This document shows, piece by piece, positions 47,956 to 60,321 of a stretch of 64,000 nucleotides of DNA; position 1 is the first letter of the stretch, and each line of letters opens with the position of its first letter. The DNA is from Massalongia carnosa (lineage: Eukaryota). The DNA is taken from contig OZ287085.1 of NCBI GenBank assembly GCA_965645245.1, positions 434,001-498,000 of the forward strand, read 5' to 3'. The position numbers were made by a program, and so were the translations under genes. Below the pieces are notes generated by a model, which worked only from the letters and a program-made list of their open reading frames with translations, was not told the origin of the DNA and ran no database searches.

Positions 47956-48163
47956 GATCATACAACGTTCTCTTGCTCGTTCAAATCTGATTAATCGTGT
48001 AATGCTGAGGATGTGTTAGATTTCTCACTGCTGCGGACCGTGCCCTGGCTGAGCATGGATTGTTTTGCTTCAATCGAACGTCATTCAAATTCTCAATAAA
48101 TTAGATCGTCGACGAACTGTTTGTACCTGACGGCTGCCTGATCCCCTTTGCCTCAGTCATGTC

Positions 48164-48295
48164 TACGCCGCGCCACGGATCGGGTTTCTCTATTCCAGAC
48201 CCAACCCGTTTGTGGCGAACCCTATGCTTTTTGATGAGCGGATTGAGTTTTGAGTGAACAACCCAGTGGCAAAAAAGCAATTTTCGCTCCAAAAT
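48164..48295. mobile_element. hAT-like MITE copy 4, cut by the family B LTR
   Basis: Starts TACGCCGCGCCACGG; collinear with 54730-54860. Confidence 0.82.
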
Positions 48296-51200
48296 TGTAA
48301 GGAAGCTGTCGTCAATTCTAATCAACTGCTATTAACCCAAAATTTATCTACAAAGAAGAAAAGAATTACCGGGACACCAAAACCTGCTTCCCGGAACAAA
48401 TCAAGCAAAATTTTCAAAAAAACATCTTTTCTTGAAAATCATTCAGCAACAAAACATTAGCTAGCCGTGTGCGGATCACTTGAGACGTTATTCCCAAGCC
48501 GTTATGTTGCCGTCTGGCACGGCACATAGGATGGCTGTCTCATCTAACAATTTTATCCTTTGAGTTCTTGAAGTCGGTCCATGGTTGCCAGTAAGGATTC
48601 GCATTCCATTCGTCCCAGTTGCCAATGAAGGTTGCTTTGTACTGCACCCCGAATTTCCTCGTTTCGCGGCAGTCTACTATTTCGAGGACTTCCCATTCTT
48701 CGTGGGCCTCCTCCTCATCTCTTTCTGTTATGGCTATGGGCGGTTCAGGCGGTAAGACATGTCCTGGGAATGGATTGGAAGGTGCGAGGTGTAGCTTCCA
48801 TGGATGGAAGATGGGGGTAAGCCCGACGTTCTTTAGCTGATCCGGAATTTCTAATTCGTATGCTTTATTGTCGATGATCCTTATTATCTTCCATGGGCCT
48901 GCGTTCTTGAAACTTAATGATCTACTGGGTCTTTCGGAAGCAAAGTGCTTGGCGTTTACATAAACCATGTCTCCGATCTTGTATTCGGGATGGGTTGACG
49001 GCCTTTGTTTGCGTGCCGTGTTTGTTCTTCCTGAGCCCAGGCTAACTGATCTCGAAGCCAGGTCCGCATGGCTTCTTCCCTTTCTATGATCCTGTCAGCG
49101 TGCAGTATCTCTGCTTTTCCTTTCCCTTCGTATGTGCCTGGTGGTTCGATGCCACAGCGTGGGTGGTAGCCATGATCTGCAAAGAATGGGGTCATTCCCG
49201 TGGATACGTTTACATGGTTGTTGGCGGCAAACTCGCCGTCTGAGAGATAATCCACCCAGTTGTCTTGTGTATAACTGACGTATGCTCGAAGGTAGTTTTC
49301 ATTACCTTATTGGCGTTTTCGGTTTGACCGTCCGTCTCGGGATGATGTGCAGAAGAGAACTTTATTTTCACCCCGTATCTTTCGCAAACTCTTTTCCACA
49401 GGTGAGCGGTTAGTTGGCTACCACGGTCGTTGACTGTTGATATAGGGAAGCCGTAAGAGGAGAACAATCTCCTGGACATTGCATCCATCAGTTCGTCCGT
49501 GGAGAGAGAGAGATTAGTGGTTCGTATAATCGTCTATTTGTTAAACGATCTACTATCACTAATATGTGCTGATAGACTCTATTTCGTTTTCGGCATTTTG
49601 GGAAGAATTCAACGAAGTCCAATGATACGTCCATCCATTTTCCATTTGGGATGGGAAGAGGATTCAACAGGCCTTGCTTCTTGTCGTTGTATGCTTTTGA
49701 TCTTCGGCATACAGAGCAGTCAACTGCGTATCTCTTGCAGTGCTCCTTCATCTCGAACCAGAAATAATTCTCTCTCATTGTTTGATACATACTTTTGTAT
49801 CCTAGGTGGCCCTGTAATGGTGGTTCGTGATGCTTTGCAATAAATGTAATTGCAATGGCTCGTAATCTGGTACGTATAGTCTTTCTTTGAGATACAGCTT
49901 GTCGTTCTCTATTTTGAGGTCCCCCATTGCTAGCTTTATACCTCTTTTTATGAGGTTCAATGGGAGCTTTCTCAGTTCCTTTTTCTTTGCTGCTATTATG
50001 TCTTGGACCGTTTCGTCTCTTTCGTAAGCTTCTTCAATTAGTTCCTCCAAAGTCTTCGTTACTGAATTCTCGGTTTCATCAGTCGCTGGTGTATGTTCTG
50101 CGTTGGGTTCTTCTGATTCTGTTGCGCCTTCTTCGGTGGCATTGCTTTGTTTATCTTGATCGTTATCGTCGTCGTCGTCGTCGTCGTCGTCGGCGTCTGC
50201 TATGTTCGCGCAGAACACGACTGCTAGCGCTTTTCGTATATCGTCATCTAGTTGATGCTCTTGCAGCAGCGTTTAGAATTGATGTTGCTTTCTTATATCC
50301 TCGAATCCCTTCAGGAGGTCTTGAGAGCGTCTGGTCAGCGTGTCCGGTTTCTCTCCTTGCTTTCCCGGTCGATACATTATCTTGAAATTGAATTCGGAAA
50401 GAAATTCGGCCCATCTGGCTTGCCTTCTGTTCAGCTGTTTCGTGGTCATGAAGTGCTCTAGATTCTTGTGATCAGTGTATACTTTCATAGGTTTATCAGG
50501 AGCAGCACTTGCGACCTCGGGACGCCAGACTTCGAAGCTCTTCACAATGGCGAGGAGTTCCTTATCATAAATCATATAATTACACTCGGCAGGAGTCATC
50601 TTCTTGGAGAAATAGGCTACCGGTTTCAGTATTCCGTCGTGCATTTGAGAGAGTACCCCAGCGCTAACAAAATCTGAAGAGTCAGTCTCGACCCATGTTT
50701 CCAAGGCCGGATCGTAATGTGCTAAGACGGGAGCGGTGGTGAACGCATTCTTTAAATCTTCGAAGGCTTTTTTACAGTCTTCAGACCAAACGAATGAATT
50801 GTATCTGGTTCGTTTCTTTCCTGACTTCGTCGTTATTTGCTCGCCCTTTGTTAACTCTGTTAACGATCTTGTTCGTTGCGAGAACCTTGATATAAATCGT
50901 TGGGAGAAATTTGCAAAGCCTAAGAATTCTTGCACATCTTTAACGGAGCCTGAGGTCTCCTATTTTAGAATCGCCTCGATTTTCTCCGAGTCTATCTTTA
51001 TTCCATCGATAGTAACTATCAACCCAAGATATTTCACTTCTGTCACAGAGATTCGCATTTATCTATGTCCACTTGCAGTCCTTTCTCCTTCAATCGAGTT
51101 AAAATTTTTAGCACTTGTTCGGAATGCTCTTCTTCGTTTTCGCTGTAAATTAAGACGTCGTCCAAATATGCCGTGCAAAAAACGTCTAAGTATTCTCTGA

Positions 51201-54200
51201 CTGTATCGTTTATGAAGCTTTGAAAGGTTCCTGGAGCGTTGCAAAGACCGAACGGCATTACCAAATATTCGAACTGGCCATATCTAGTATTGAAAGCTGT
51301 GAGCCACTCATGGCCTTCCTTCATTCTCATACGATTGAACGCGGTAATCACATCTAGCTTTGTGAACTTCTTGGCTTGTGAGAGTTTCCCTAATGTCTCA
51401 TTTATCAATGGTATTGGATATCTGTTCTTGATCGTGATGGAGTTCAAGGCTCTATAATCTACGCAGAATCTTAAACCACCCCCTGGTTTCCTAACTAGAA
51501 GGACGGGGGCTGCTGCGCTTGAAGAACTAGGACGGATGAAGCCTTTTCCCAGATGCTCATCGATGTATTTTTTAACCGCTTCCAGTTCTTGTTCTGACAT
51601 GGGTTTATAGTTCCTTACGTATGGAGCTTCTTTTCCTATTTCGAGGATTATCGGATGATCCTCCTTTCGATGTTCAGGTAGTTCATCCGCCTTGTGCTTC
51701 ATGAAAACATCTATTACGCTGTGATAGACTGCTGGGACTCTCTTCAACAACTCCTCGCAAGTGTATTCCGGTTTGCCTTTCATGAACTTGTCGTAATCTC
51801 CTGATGTTACAGCCCCTGTGGTTATCGTACAATAGGCTTTTGTCTTCTCTTGAGGAATCCGCAGATATCCTTCATGATCCTTCTTTTTAGCCATGCCAAA
51901 GAAATGCTTCGCGTTAACTGGGAGAGCTTCTATGTCCCCCTTTGGCTCAATCCTGTCTTTGACCTTGCTACCTATGGCAAACTCGGTGCAAGTTATCCCC
52001 CGTGTGAGACATCCTTTTCCTAAACAATCTAAGGAGTTGAACTTCATAGTTCGCTCTTTCCAGTTAATACTCGGGTTGTGGGTTTGTAGCCACCCATCCC
52101 CTAAAATAATTGATTACGTATCAAGTTTTGCTAAATAGCACCGGACTTGTTCTTCATGATCTCCGATCTTTATTTCGATCAAAGCAGCTTTGGTGAGAAG
52201 TTGGACTACTTCTCCGTTACCAAGAGTAAGTTTCACCTTCTTGTCCAGTTTGAAGGTGTTTAATTTATGAATACGCGCAAAGGATTCGTCAATGAGTTCG
52301 GCTTCACTTCCATTATCGACAAGTAAATGGGGTTTAATCCCATCTACGCTAGTTTTTAATACTAAATGCTTGCCCTCGATTTTCTTTTCAGTATCGCGGA
52401 CAGCACAAGTAGAGACCCTAACACTCTTTATTTCAGCTTCACCGTTCTCATTAACAACATCCCCCTCTGAGAGTCCTTGATCGCGATTTTGATCAAGGAC
52501 TAAACTTTCCCCGAGTTCGATTCAGAACTGGAATCGGTTTCTATTGTTTTCATTGCGTTGAGTTTCCTCTTTTTGTGCTGAGGACATATTGGATCGCTTC
52601 CCCGATATCCCGATCCCCTGCAAGCCCAGCATCTATCTAGAGCGGACAGGGTTTCCCGATCGTCGTTCTCCAGTTTCTTTAGATTCGGGTCTAGATCGTA
52701 TCAAGCACCTGTCCAACCTGTTGGTCTCACGATCGTCGGGGCGGGTTTAGTGCTCGGGCGATCCTCGGTTTTCTTGATTTGATGAGAGGGGGAGTATGAA
52801 GGGGAGTATGAAGACTTTCCCTTAGTTGATTGTCCTCCCAAGAAGTTGCTCCCTTTGCCAGCGTTCTTTGACGGGAGTTGTTTCTCGGGGCGAGGGAAGT
52901 GTTGGGCGACATCCTTTCGGCGATCCTCGATTCTCCGAGCCTCGTCCAGTAGGGGACGGAATTCCGTGAAGACCGAACCCATCAACGAGCTGGAGATGCT
53001 CGGTTTCAATGTCACGAGGAATTCCTCGATTCTCTCGTCGACAGGGGTCTTCGCCTTTTGCCAGAGCTTGAAAATGCGGTGATAGTACTCGCTCACGCTC
53101 TGGCCTCCTTTCATGGTAATGGCGATCAGTTCCTTCTTGGCATCTCGGCTTTGCAGATGAATCCCCATGTAATGTTCGATTTCCTCGAACAAGGCGTCGA
53201 TAGTGAGGGAATCTCCCGTGTCGGCTACCCAAGAATGCATGGCTCCAAAGATCGGAGCCTCCATCTGTGACAACGCATATCCAACCTTCTCGCTCTCATC
53301 GGCTTACAATGGTGAGTCAGTTTTCAGTTTGTTTCGAATAGAATAAGCCCATGGGCTATATTCTTCAGGGTCTTCGCCTCTCAGGGGATTACTAGGTTTG
53401 ATCCCTCGGGGACGCCAGTTCTGGGGATTCGATGCAGTGTTTTGGGTACCAACAGTATCTTCTCGTTGATAGCGAGGATTATTTTCTGCGGCTCTGCGAA
53501 CGAGCGTTTCCTTCTCTTCTTGAAATCTATCTTTGGCTGACAGAGCCTGTTCCAACTCTATCTCCTTATGCGATAGTTCCTCTTGAGCTAGAAGAAGTTG
53601 ATGTTCCCCTTCTTCTATTTCGGTTACAAAACACTCCGCTTGTTGCTTGTATCGCCTGTTAATTCTCTTTTCTGTGATGAGTTTCTCGTCGGCATCTCAA
53701 AGAGAGAGACACTTCTCATAAAGCATTTTATCTTATTCGATTGCCTTGGAAATGAACTCGTACCAACAAGGACTCTCTCTGTCATCCGAGATCACATCTC
53801 GAAATTCTTCATATTTGCGGACTCTATATCTCGTTGGTTGTCCCATTGCCCCTTTCTCATAATATGGATGCTCCGAGCTATTTATCTCGCGAGACAACTC
53901 CCTATCCTTGCCCAATCCCGTCCTAGGGTTATCATTCGGTGCCCCTTCAATCGTCGGCATTGTTCGTTCGTCTGAAGAGAGTTCGGGGTCCTCGAACGCT
54001 CCTAGCATGCTATTGCTTGATCGGGCTGAGTGGCGGGATAAGGAACGTGCGCGAGTGTTAAAAGCTGGGCCAGTATTGTTGTCCCCTCGAGGGGCTCCGG
54101 CTTTTCTGGCCGTCATGGGGGTTTTCGAACTCATGGCGGCGTTCTGGAATGGAGATCGGTTCGGATACACACGAGCGATCAGTCTTGGATCTACTAGAAC

Positions 54201-54551
54201 GGGTCTTTATCCAACTTGAAATTTTCTGGAAATTATCAATCGGATCTGCACGATTGATTGATCTGGAAGATGCTGAAACAGGCTTTCACCCTATCTGAAA
54301 ATTGTCTGGAGAGAGTTCTGATAAGATGGTAGATAAAATTGTGTAAGGAAGCTGTCGTCAATTCTAATCAGCCGCTATTAAACCAAAATTTATCTATAAA
54401 GAAGAAAAGAATTATCGTGCGCGACTTGCTAGAAATATCTCCACCGTGTGTCGCGCTAACCCACGCTAGCCTCGCGTACTCCCGTGATCCCCCTTTCGAT
54501 CTCAGCTGGCGCTAAGCCTTCTAACCCCTATGTCAGGCTAGGACCCTGACA
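48296..54551 (-). mobile_element. Ty3/gypsy chromovirus family B copy 2; 5' LTR 54342-54551, only about 75 bp of the 3' LTR left at 48296
   Basis: Fragmented gag, PR, RT (ORF 51043-52047, YLDD), RH, IN and chromodomain-like ORF 48540-48968; flanks do not give a TSD. Confidence 0.92.
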
Positions 54552-55272
54552 GCGATTACGAACCTTAGATTCAGGATTAGGACTTATTAAAGAGAAGGTT
54601 GAGGAAATAATTGCAGCAAAGAAAAAATAAGCTAAAGAAACGGAAGCAAAGAAGCAGCATCAAACATGAATAAAGATTTGGCGTATAAAAAGAGACGCCA
54701 AATATGCCGAAGAAGTGCTTACTAGAAAGTACGCCGCTCAACAAGTTGGGTTTCTCTACTGAAAACCCAACCCGTTTGTGGCGAACCCTATGATTTTTAG
54801 TGTCCGGGTTGAGTTTTAAAAGAAAAACCCGGTGGCGAAAAAGCAAATTTGTGGCGAAAACCCAACCCGTTGCGCGGCGTACTAGAAAGCAAGAGAGAAA
54901 TCTTTTACGACAAATTAAAGAACTTTCAAAACAAGATCTGGCTGTTTTCTCCGAGCATCTTATTCCTATTTCCTATTCGAAAGCAATTTGAAAGGCAACA
55001 AATATTACTTGACAAGAAAAAGAAAGAAAGAAAGCGAAAAAGACTAAATCTCAAGTATATAATGAAGATGAAGATGAAGATGAGGCGAAGAAAACATTCA
55101 TCACAGATGTTACAGGTGATTATTCTTTGAAAAGAGATTTTCTGTCGTTTAATGAAGACGATAGTGATAATGTCACGGATTACAACGCTCTAACCTCAGG
55201 CAACTTATGCTATTCACTTTATCTAACCGAAAACGGATTTAACACTGCTTGTAGCGACATTATTAACACGCG
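54552..55272 (+). mobile_element. Degenerate AT-rich remnant, possibly the 3' part of a pogo/Fot1-like element
   Basis: Lys/Glu-rich broken frame continuous across the MITE; ends TTAACACGCGTA, similar to the termini at 15217 and 16226. Confidence 0.35.
54730..54881. mobile_element. hAT-like MITE copy 5
   Basis: TACGCCGC...GCGGCGTA; 8-bp TSD CTAGAAAG at 54722-54729 and 54882-54889. Confidence 0.92.
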
Positions 55273-55423
55273 TAGTATGAGCAGTTCAACGAATGTGATG
55301 AAAACCTGCATTAGGCTTAGCATAGGTATGAGTGTTTATTAACCGGCGATCTGTACATAGCTTTCTTTCTTCATCTTACTAGTTTTCGTACATAGTCCCT
55401 ATTAGATTTCTATCTAGGTCGAC

Positions 55424-55913
55424 TGTCACGGACAAGGTCCAGATAGGGAGATATACAAGAGTTACTATTTAGAAAGCTAGGTCTAGGGATAGTATACAAG
55501 ACGTCCGACGAAGAGCTCCAAACACCTGAGAAACCACATAGGTTTTATAGCCATGGCTTCCAACTCCCCTATTCTTGACTTGCCCTCATCTCTGTTCCTG
55601 TTCTAATTTCCTAACTATGATCGCTTTGACCTGTTCCGCCTTTCTCCATGCCGAAGCAATCTCTCTCTGCTGGGCAATCCCAGTCGTAGGCTTGGATAGT
55701 GGAGACGTTGAGGTTGGATTCGGGATATAGGAGTTTGGGAGTGCACTGAAGGCAGCGGAAGAACGTCTGAACACATGGGGTGAGGTTTCAGGGTAGTTCG
55801 GAATAACGGGCTACGGTTCTATTCAACATGCAGGGCAGGTTTCACGGCAAGAGAGCCTGTTAAATACTAACCCGATCAGGAATCGTGGGAGGGTGCGAGG
55901 TAATTCCATGACA
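55424..55913. mobile_element. Solo LTR (490 bp)
   Basis: TGTCA...TGACA ends; TSD TCGAC on both sides; homolog at 12149-14342. Confidence 0.9.
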
Positions 55914-56312
55914 TCGACGTGCTACAGATAAAGGCAGCGAGTCAGACAATGATATACAAGAATAATTAAAATATTACTAGGTTCAGCTCTTTATTAAGGC
56001 GGCAATAGCAATTTAACGATACAATAATAATATAATAATGTGATAGTAAATCTGATAGTAATTTAAATGATACGATAATGCTTTAATGATATGGTAATGG
56101 TTTAACGTTGCTTTCCTAGAATGCTTCTTGAAGGGAGAGGATTAAGCGAGCGACTAGCCGACGATTAAATCGTTGATTGATTTCTTTATTTTCGTTGTCA
56201 AACGAGATTTATAAGATCGATCGGTTACATCACGACGATGACGTTGATAAAAACGTTTTTAGTGATATTTCAAAAGTGTACGAATGTAATTATTTATCGT
56301 CTATTCAGATAT

Positions 56313-57923
56313 CTACTGGAAATTTTCTTTTTCATCTATAGGTGAAGTGACCGGTGGTTTCAGAAGACAAGTATTATGCGGTCTTACATCCTCAATAATA
56401 TCCTCGTGAGAAGAGCAATCTTCTATAACATCCGTGCCCATTGCTGCGTACCATCTCCTAGCTTCGTCTGCCGACAATGTACTTGCCCGAGCCCGTCCTG
56501 CCCAAGCCGTTTCCGCCTCCCACGTCCCTTGTGGATCCGAAGCCGCCCGCTCTTTCTGTAGCCATTGCTGCTTCATTCGTTGCATTCGCCGATAGCCTGG
56601 GTATGTTGTGCTTAAATCCCAAAGCCGGTCGTTCGCCTCGGTAACGTTACGTGTTAGTGAATTCATGGGGAAAATGCGACCCAGCCTTTGCAGGTCTTCT
56701 TGGTTTTCGGGATCATCAGGGTCAATCATCTGCAACGCTTCGGCTTTCATTGATTTAGTTGTGGATTCGGTATCAGTTTCGGTCGTGAGTTGAAATTTCC
56801 TGCGCTTCGATGACACCCCAAGTGAGATTTCGACCTCTTCCACGTCGGCTTCGTCTCTTGCGCGTTTCTTAGGGCTTTGACTCCGCGGCTTCACAACCTT
56901 TTGAGTCAAGATTCTGCAATCCATCGGTGGCAGTAGTCTAGCTTGCCCACTTGTGTGGATAGTCGCACCTAGAATATACCTCGCAACCCCACGCCTAAGA
57001 AAGCTTTGAAGAAACGGGAATAACGTCCAAGCGAACCTTGCGAAGAGGAATTCGCGCCCGACGTCAGGGATTGCTTGAAGTGATACATTATGATACAGGA
57101 TACCAAGCTCCTGTGACGGCGAGAGAAGGTGGATAACGAAGATGTGCTCTGGCGTGTTGTCAGTTGTAGATAGACCGTGGACCGGGCGACTTGCTTTGGG
57201 CACGAAAACAAACTTTTGAGCATCAAAGCTCTTGTGCAGATCCGCGCGAAGAAGCATAGCGTTACTGACATCGTCCATGGATTGAGCTCCAGTCATCTGA
57301 GGATTCAGGTTGTAGATGGACATCTCGTTTGAGTCGAACCAGTCTTCCTCACTCCGTGGGCAGATGTGTGCCGCCTGAGTACCTTCCTCGTGTGCGCTCA
57401 TCCGGCAGGACGCATCGCGAGCTAACAATGCCGGAAACAAACTCGAGGCAGGATAGAGCCTCGTCGAGGGCGTTGCCTGAACAGGGTCACTCCAAGATTC
57501 TGGCAGTTTGTCATGTGGAAACTTCCATTCCCGAAAGCTAGGAACGACAGCGTACGGATCCAGTGGAGAAGATTGAGACGGAAGATGAAAGTAGTAATCA
57601 GGCCTCAAAAGCAGCTCATTAGCCCTGAGCTCGATCTTCAATCCATCCTTGGTTTCCGTGAACCAGCCTTCCCAGTTGTTTCCTACAATTATGCCACAAG
57701 CGGTTAGAGCGAGAGCGTGGTGCAAGCCGCCATTCGGATGATCCGGGGCAAGAAGATCTAGAAGGATATTGTTTTCGTCAGGATATTGTGGATGGCGAAT
57801 GCGAATGCGATGGCGAGGATTTGTTGATACGTTTCGGGAGCTCAAAGCCGGACTCAGCTGTGGTGCTAAGGCGGAAGGGCGAATGACGACTCCTGAAGGT
57901 GAAGGGAGATCCTCGAAAGACAT
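56313..57923 (-). CDS. Fungal HNH-endonuclease-domain protein (536 aa, uninterrupted)
   Basis: RDASCRMS..AAHICP..WF..N.M..DDVSNAMLLRADLHKSFD..FVFVP and EFLFARFAW, the pattern of fungal HNH_2-type proteins; basic PKKR/KRRK NLS-like tracts. Confidence 0.88.
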   Translation of the reverse strand: MSFEDLPSPSGVVIRPSALAPQLSPALSSRNVSTNPRHRIRIRHPQYPDENNILLDLLAPDHPNGGLHHALALTACGIIVGNNWEGWFTETKDGLKIELRANELLLRPDYYFHLPSQSSPLDPYAVVPSFREWKFPHDKLPESWSDPVQATPSTRLYPASSLFPALLARDASCRMSAHEEGTQAAHICPRSEEDWFDSNEMSIYNLNPQMTGAQSMDDVSNAMLLRADLHKSFDAQKFVFVPKASRPVHGLSTTDNTPEHIFVIHLLSPSQELGILYHNVSLQAIPDVGREFLFARFAWTLFPFLQSFLRRGVARYILGATIHTSGQARLLPPMDCRILTQKVVKPRSQSPKKRARDEADVEEVEISLGVSSKRRKFQLTTETDTESTTKSMKAEALQMIDPDDPENQEDLQRLGRIFPMNSLTRNVTEANDRLWDLSTTYPGYRRMQRMKQQWLQKERAASDPQGTWEAETAWAGRARASTLSADEARRWYAAMGTDVIEDCSSHEDIIEDVRPHNTCLLKPPVTSPIDEKENFQ

Positions 57924-58399
57924 ACTACTTTCTTCATCACGACTCGAGGAGTCATCAGCATGCGAATGATGAGCTAGTACTTAAAGTGAGAGGTTGTAGA
58001 CGGAGTCGAGGACTCATGCTGCATGTTACAGGCTAGGTATTGATACGTGACAAACTGTTAGCAGACCCGTCGGTGATAACGATTTAAGGCTGCTTATCGA
58101 ACCTTTTTTACCTGAGCGCTTGATTACAGCAACTGCATTTGCATCAATCCAAACATCAAAGCGTGTATCGCTATCCCTTGACAATCTCATGTCCTATCTT
58201 CCTCAATCCCCTCTTCTACTTTTGTAGAGCCGCTGTGTGAGATACCTAATCGCCCTCATTCTTCGTCGTTTCTCCTCTACGGGTGTTCACGCTTGTAATC
58301 TACATATGATATGACGCAGTAACAGCAGAGCTTGAATGTCGGGCGATATATTTTGGGTTAATTTACGCTGATTTAATGGGAACGTAAGTCGTAAGGTTG

Positions 58400-59280
58400 T
58401 ATTGTTAATTGACAGTTTTTCAGTCCATCAAAGCGGCTGAGATATCTTAGTTGTTGAAGGTGGTTTATTCAATGTTAGCGTTATATTTCTGCCAGCAAAT
58501 GCTACCAGCTTATGCCAGCCGCTGGATCAGGATATTATAGGCGCTTTCAAGGCTCATTACAGACAACGCTGGGTGGCTGGCTAAATTACATTGCCTCCGA
58601 ATACGACGCAGATAGGGAGCCGTTAAAAACCATCAACGTACTGATGGCAATACGTGGTGCGTAGCCGCCTGGAATTACGGTGTTACTCAGTTAACTATCT
58701 CTAATTGTTGGCTGAAATCCCGTGTAATCGGGGCAAAATATGGGTCAATGACTCGAAAAGAGGCGGAGAAATATGGCTATCTCAATGAGACTCGGGCGCA
58801 AGAGCAAGAAACGGAGCAACGACTACAGATACAAGCTACAATACGGCGTTTGGAAGACCCTAGTCATATACAAAGCGCCGTGCGTATTGGCGAATTTCTG
58901 AACCCTGTTGAAGAGGTGGTAGAGGATACCGAAAAGGATTTGGAGGATCACATCGTTGCTATATATGGTGGTCATGAAAGGGAATACGAGACGGAGGAGG
59001 AGGTCATTGTATCACGTGTTCAAAACAAGGACGCTCTAGAAACGTTACGGTTATATGAGGAGCAACGAGAGGTCGGTGACGATGATTTGATACGTCGTCT
59101 GAATCGTAAAGAGTGGGATATCAAGACCTAAATGGCGATAAGCTCTAGGCAAGCTGTAATGACGGATTTCTTTGTCATTAGATAGTCGATAGGTATAGTC
59201 TTGAAAATATGCCAAGAATTTTGATATTAGAAACCTCGCCTAATACATAAGAAACCTAGATGCTAAACCCGATCTGACTG
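58400..59280 (+). mobile_element. 3' part of a pogo/Tigger (CENP-B-like) transposon with right TIR
   Basis: FLPANATSLCQPLDQDIIGAFKAHYRQRW; ends CCCGATCTGACTG followed by TA. Left limit approximate. Confidence 0.85.
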
Positions 59281-59405
59281 TACTTTAAAATGCCCAGCCT
59301 ACGAGATACGCGGGTCGCGGTACTTGACATGCTTTGCCTGTAATCGATTCGTTCGTGTGTCATTAATAAACTCACGTATCGCTTCATGCGATTGCGATTA
59401 TTCGC

Positions 59406-60321
59406 ATGGCGATTGTCTTGTCGGAACAAGACATCATCAAAGCCAACCCCATACATAATGCTGTTCGTCATTTCGGTCATCGCTACAAATTGACAGATGT
59501 GGATCTGGACACGGTGGAATATCTCGATGCTGTTCACGACATCACCTCAACAACGACACGTGGTATGACCCCAATGTCGGTGACGATAAGTCTTGCTAAT
59601 GTCTACAGTGATCAAGTCTCTTCTACTCGACCTTATCCTCGCCTTGCAAACCGAGCCGGCCGCCCGGTTTCTTGCCTCGCGAATAGTCGATCGCGCGCTC
59701 GCGGGGGACCTGACGATCCTGTACAGTCGTGTGGAATCTAGTCAGTTGAGTGTCAAATTGGCGATCCCTCTGGTGAGACTGGTTCTCAGGCAGGACCCCT
59801 CTGTACAGGTGTGGAGCGACGTGGAACTCTGGAATGTCGTGTTTGATCTGGTCAGCTGGATCAAGTCCACGACCCCGCCCACGGCCTTTGCGCAAGCGGT
59901 ACTCGACACGCCTTTCCGATCGAGCTCCGCTTCGCAGAGAGGGATCGAGCAAACTCACGATGAACTGCACCAGCGCATCGTGGAAGAACTCACGGGACGC
60001 GTCTACATGGATGTCGGAGGGTTTTACGATCGGTATTTCGAGGGCAAGGCGTGGAGTAGTACGGCGAACGACATTGTGGAACGGTCGAGAGTACATTAGG
60101 CCAACGGCGGTTGGATCGATTGGCCCGATCCGTCCAAGCAATGCTTGTTTTTTAAGTGGTTCATGAGAATACAAGACGCGATGCTCATTGGGCTGAGATG
60201 CAGGTATTACACGTCGAAGGACAATGTTGACTGGGTCCAAGGCCAGTCGTAAGCTGGATATTTTCCTGAGCAATTCACACGTCGCAGGGTCGGCCGGCAA
60301 GCACGACTGGACCGATGTACT
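59406..60321 (+). pseudogene. FunK1/Sgk2-type fungal protein kinase, N-terminal part only
   Basis: ATG 59406, intron 59563-59608; LLLDLILALQ..STTPP..DTPFRSSSAS..EEL..VYMDVGGFYDRYF; TAG at 60097; then RKLDIF..HDWTDVLV cut by a transposon before the catalytic core. Confidence 0.8.

Noticed and set aside
48370..48540. Foreign fragment replacing the 3' end of gypsy B copy 2 (GCCGTG/GGCACGGC motifs)
   Set aside because: Too short and without a second end to classify.
31502..54551. A single 23-kb LTR element bounded by the family B LTRs
   Set aside because: The LTRs are clearly diverged, flanks CTCAA and GCGAT do not match, and there are two separate gag-pol sets.
59623..60300. 225-aa minus-strand ORF and other long antisense ORFs over TE coding regions
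   Set aside because: Shadow frames of GC-rich coding sequence on the opposite strand.
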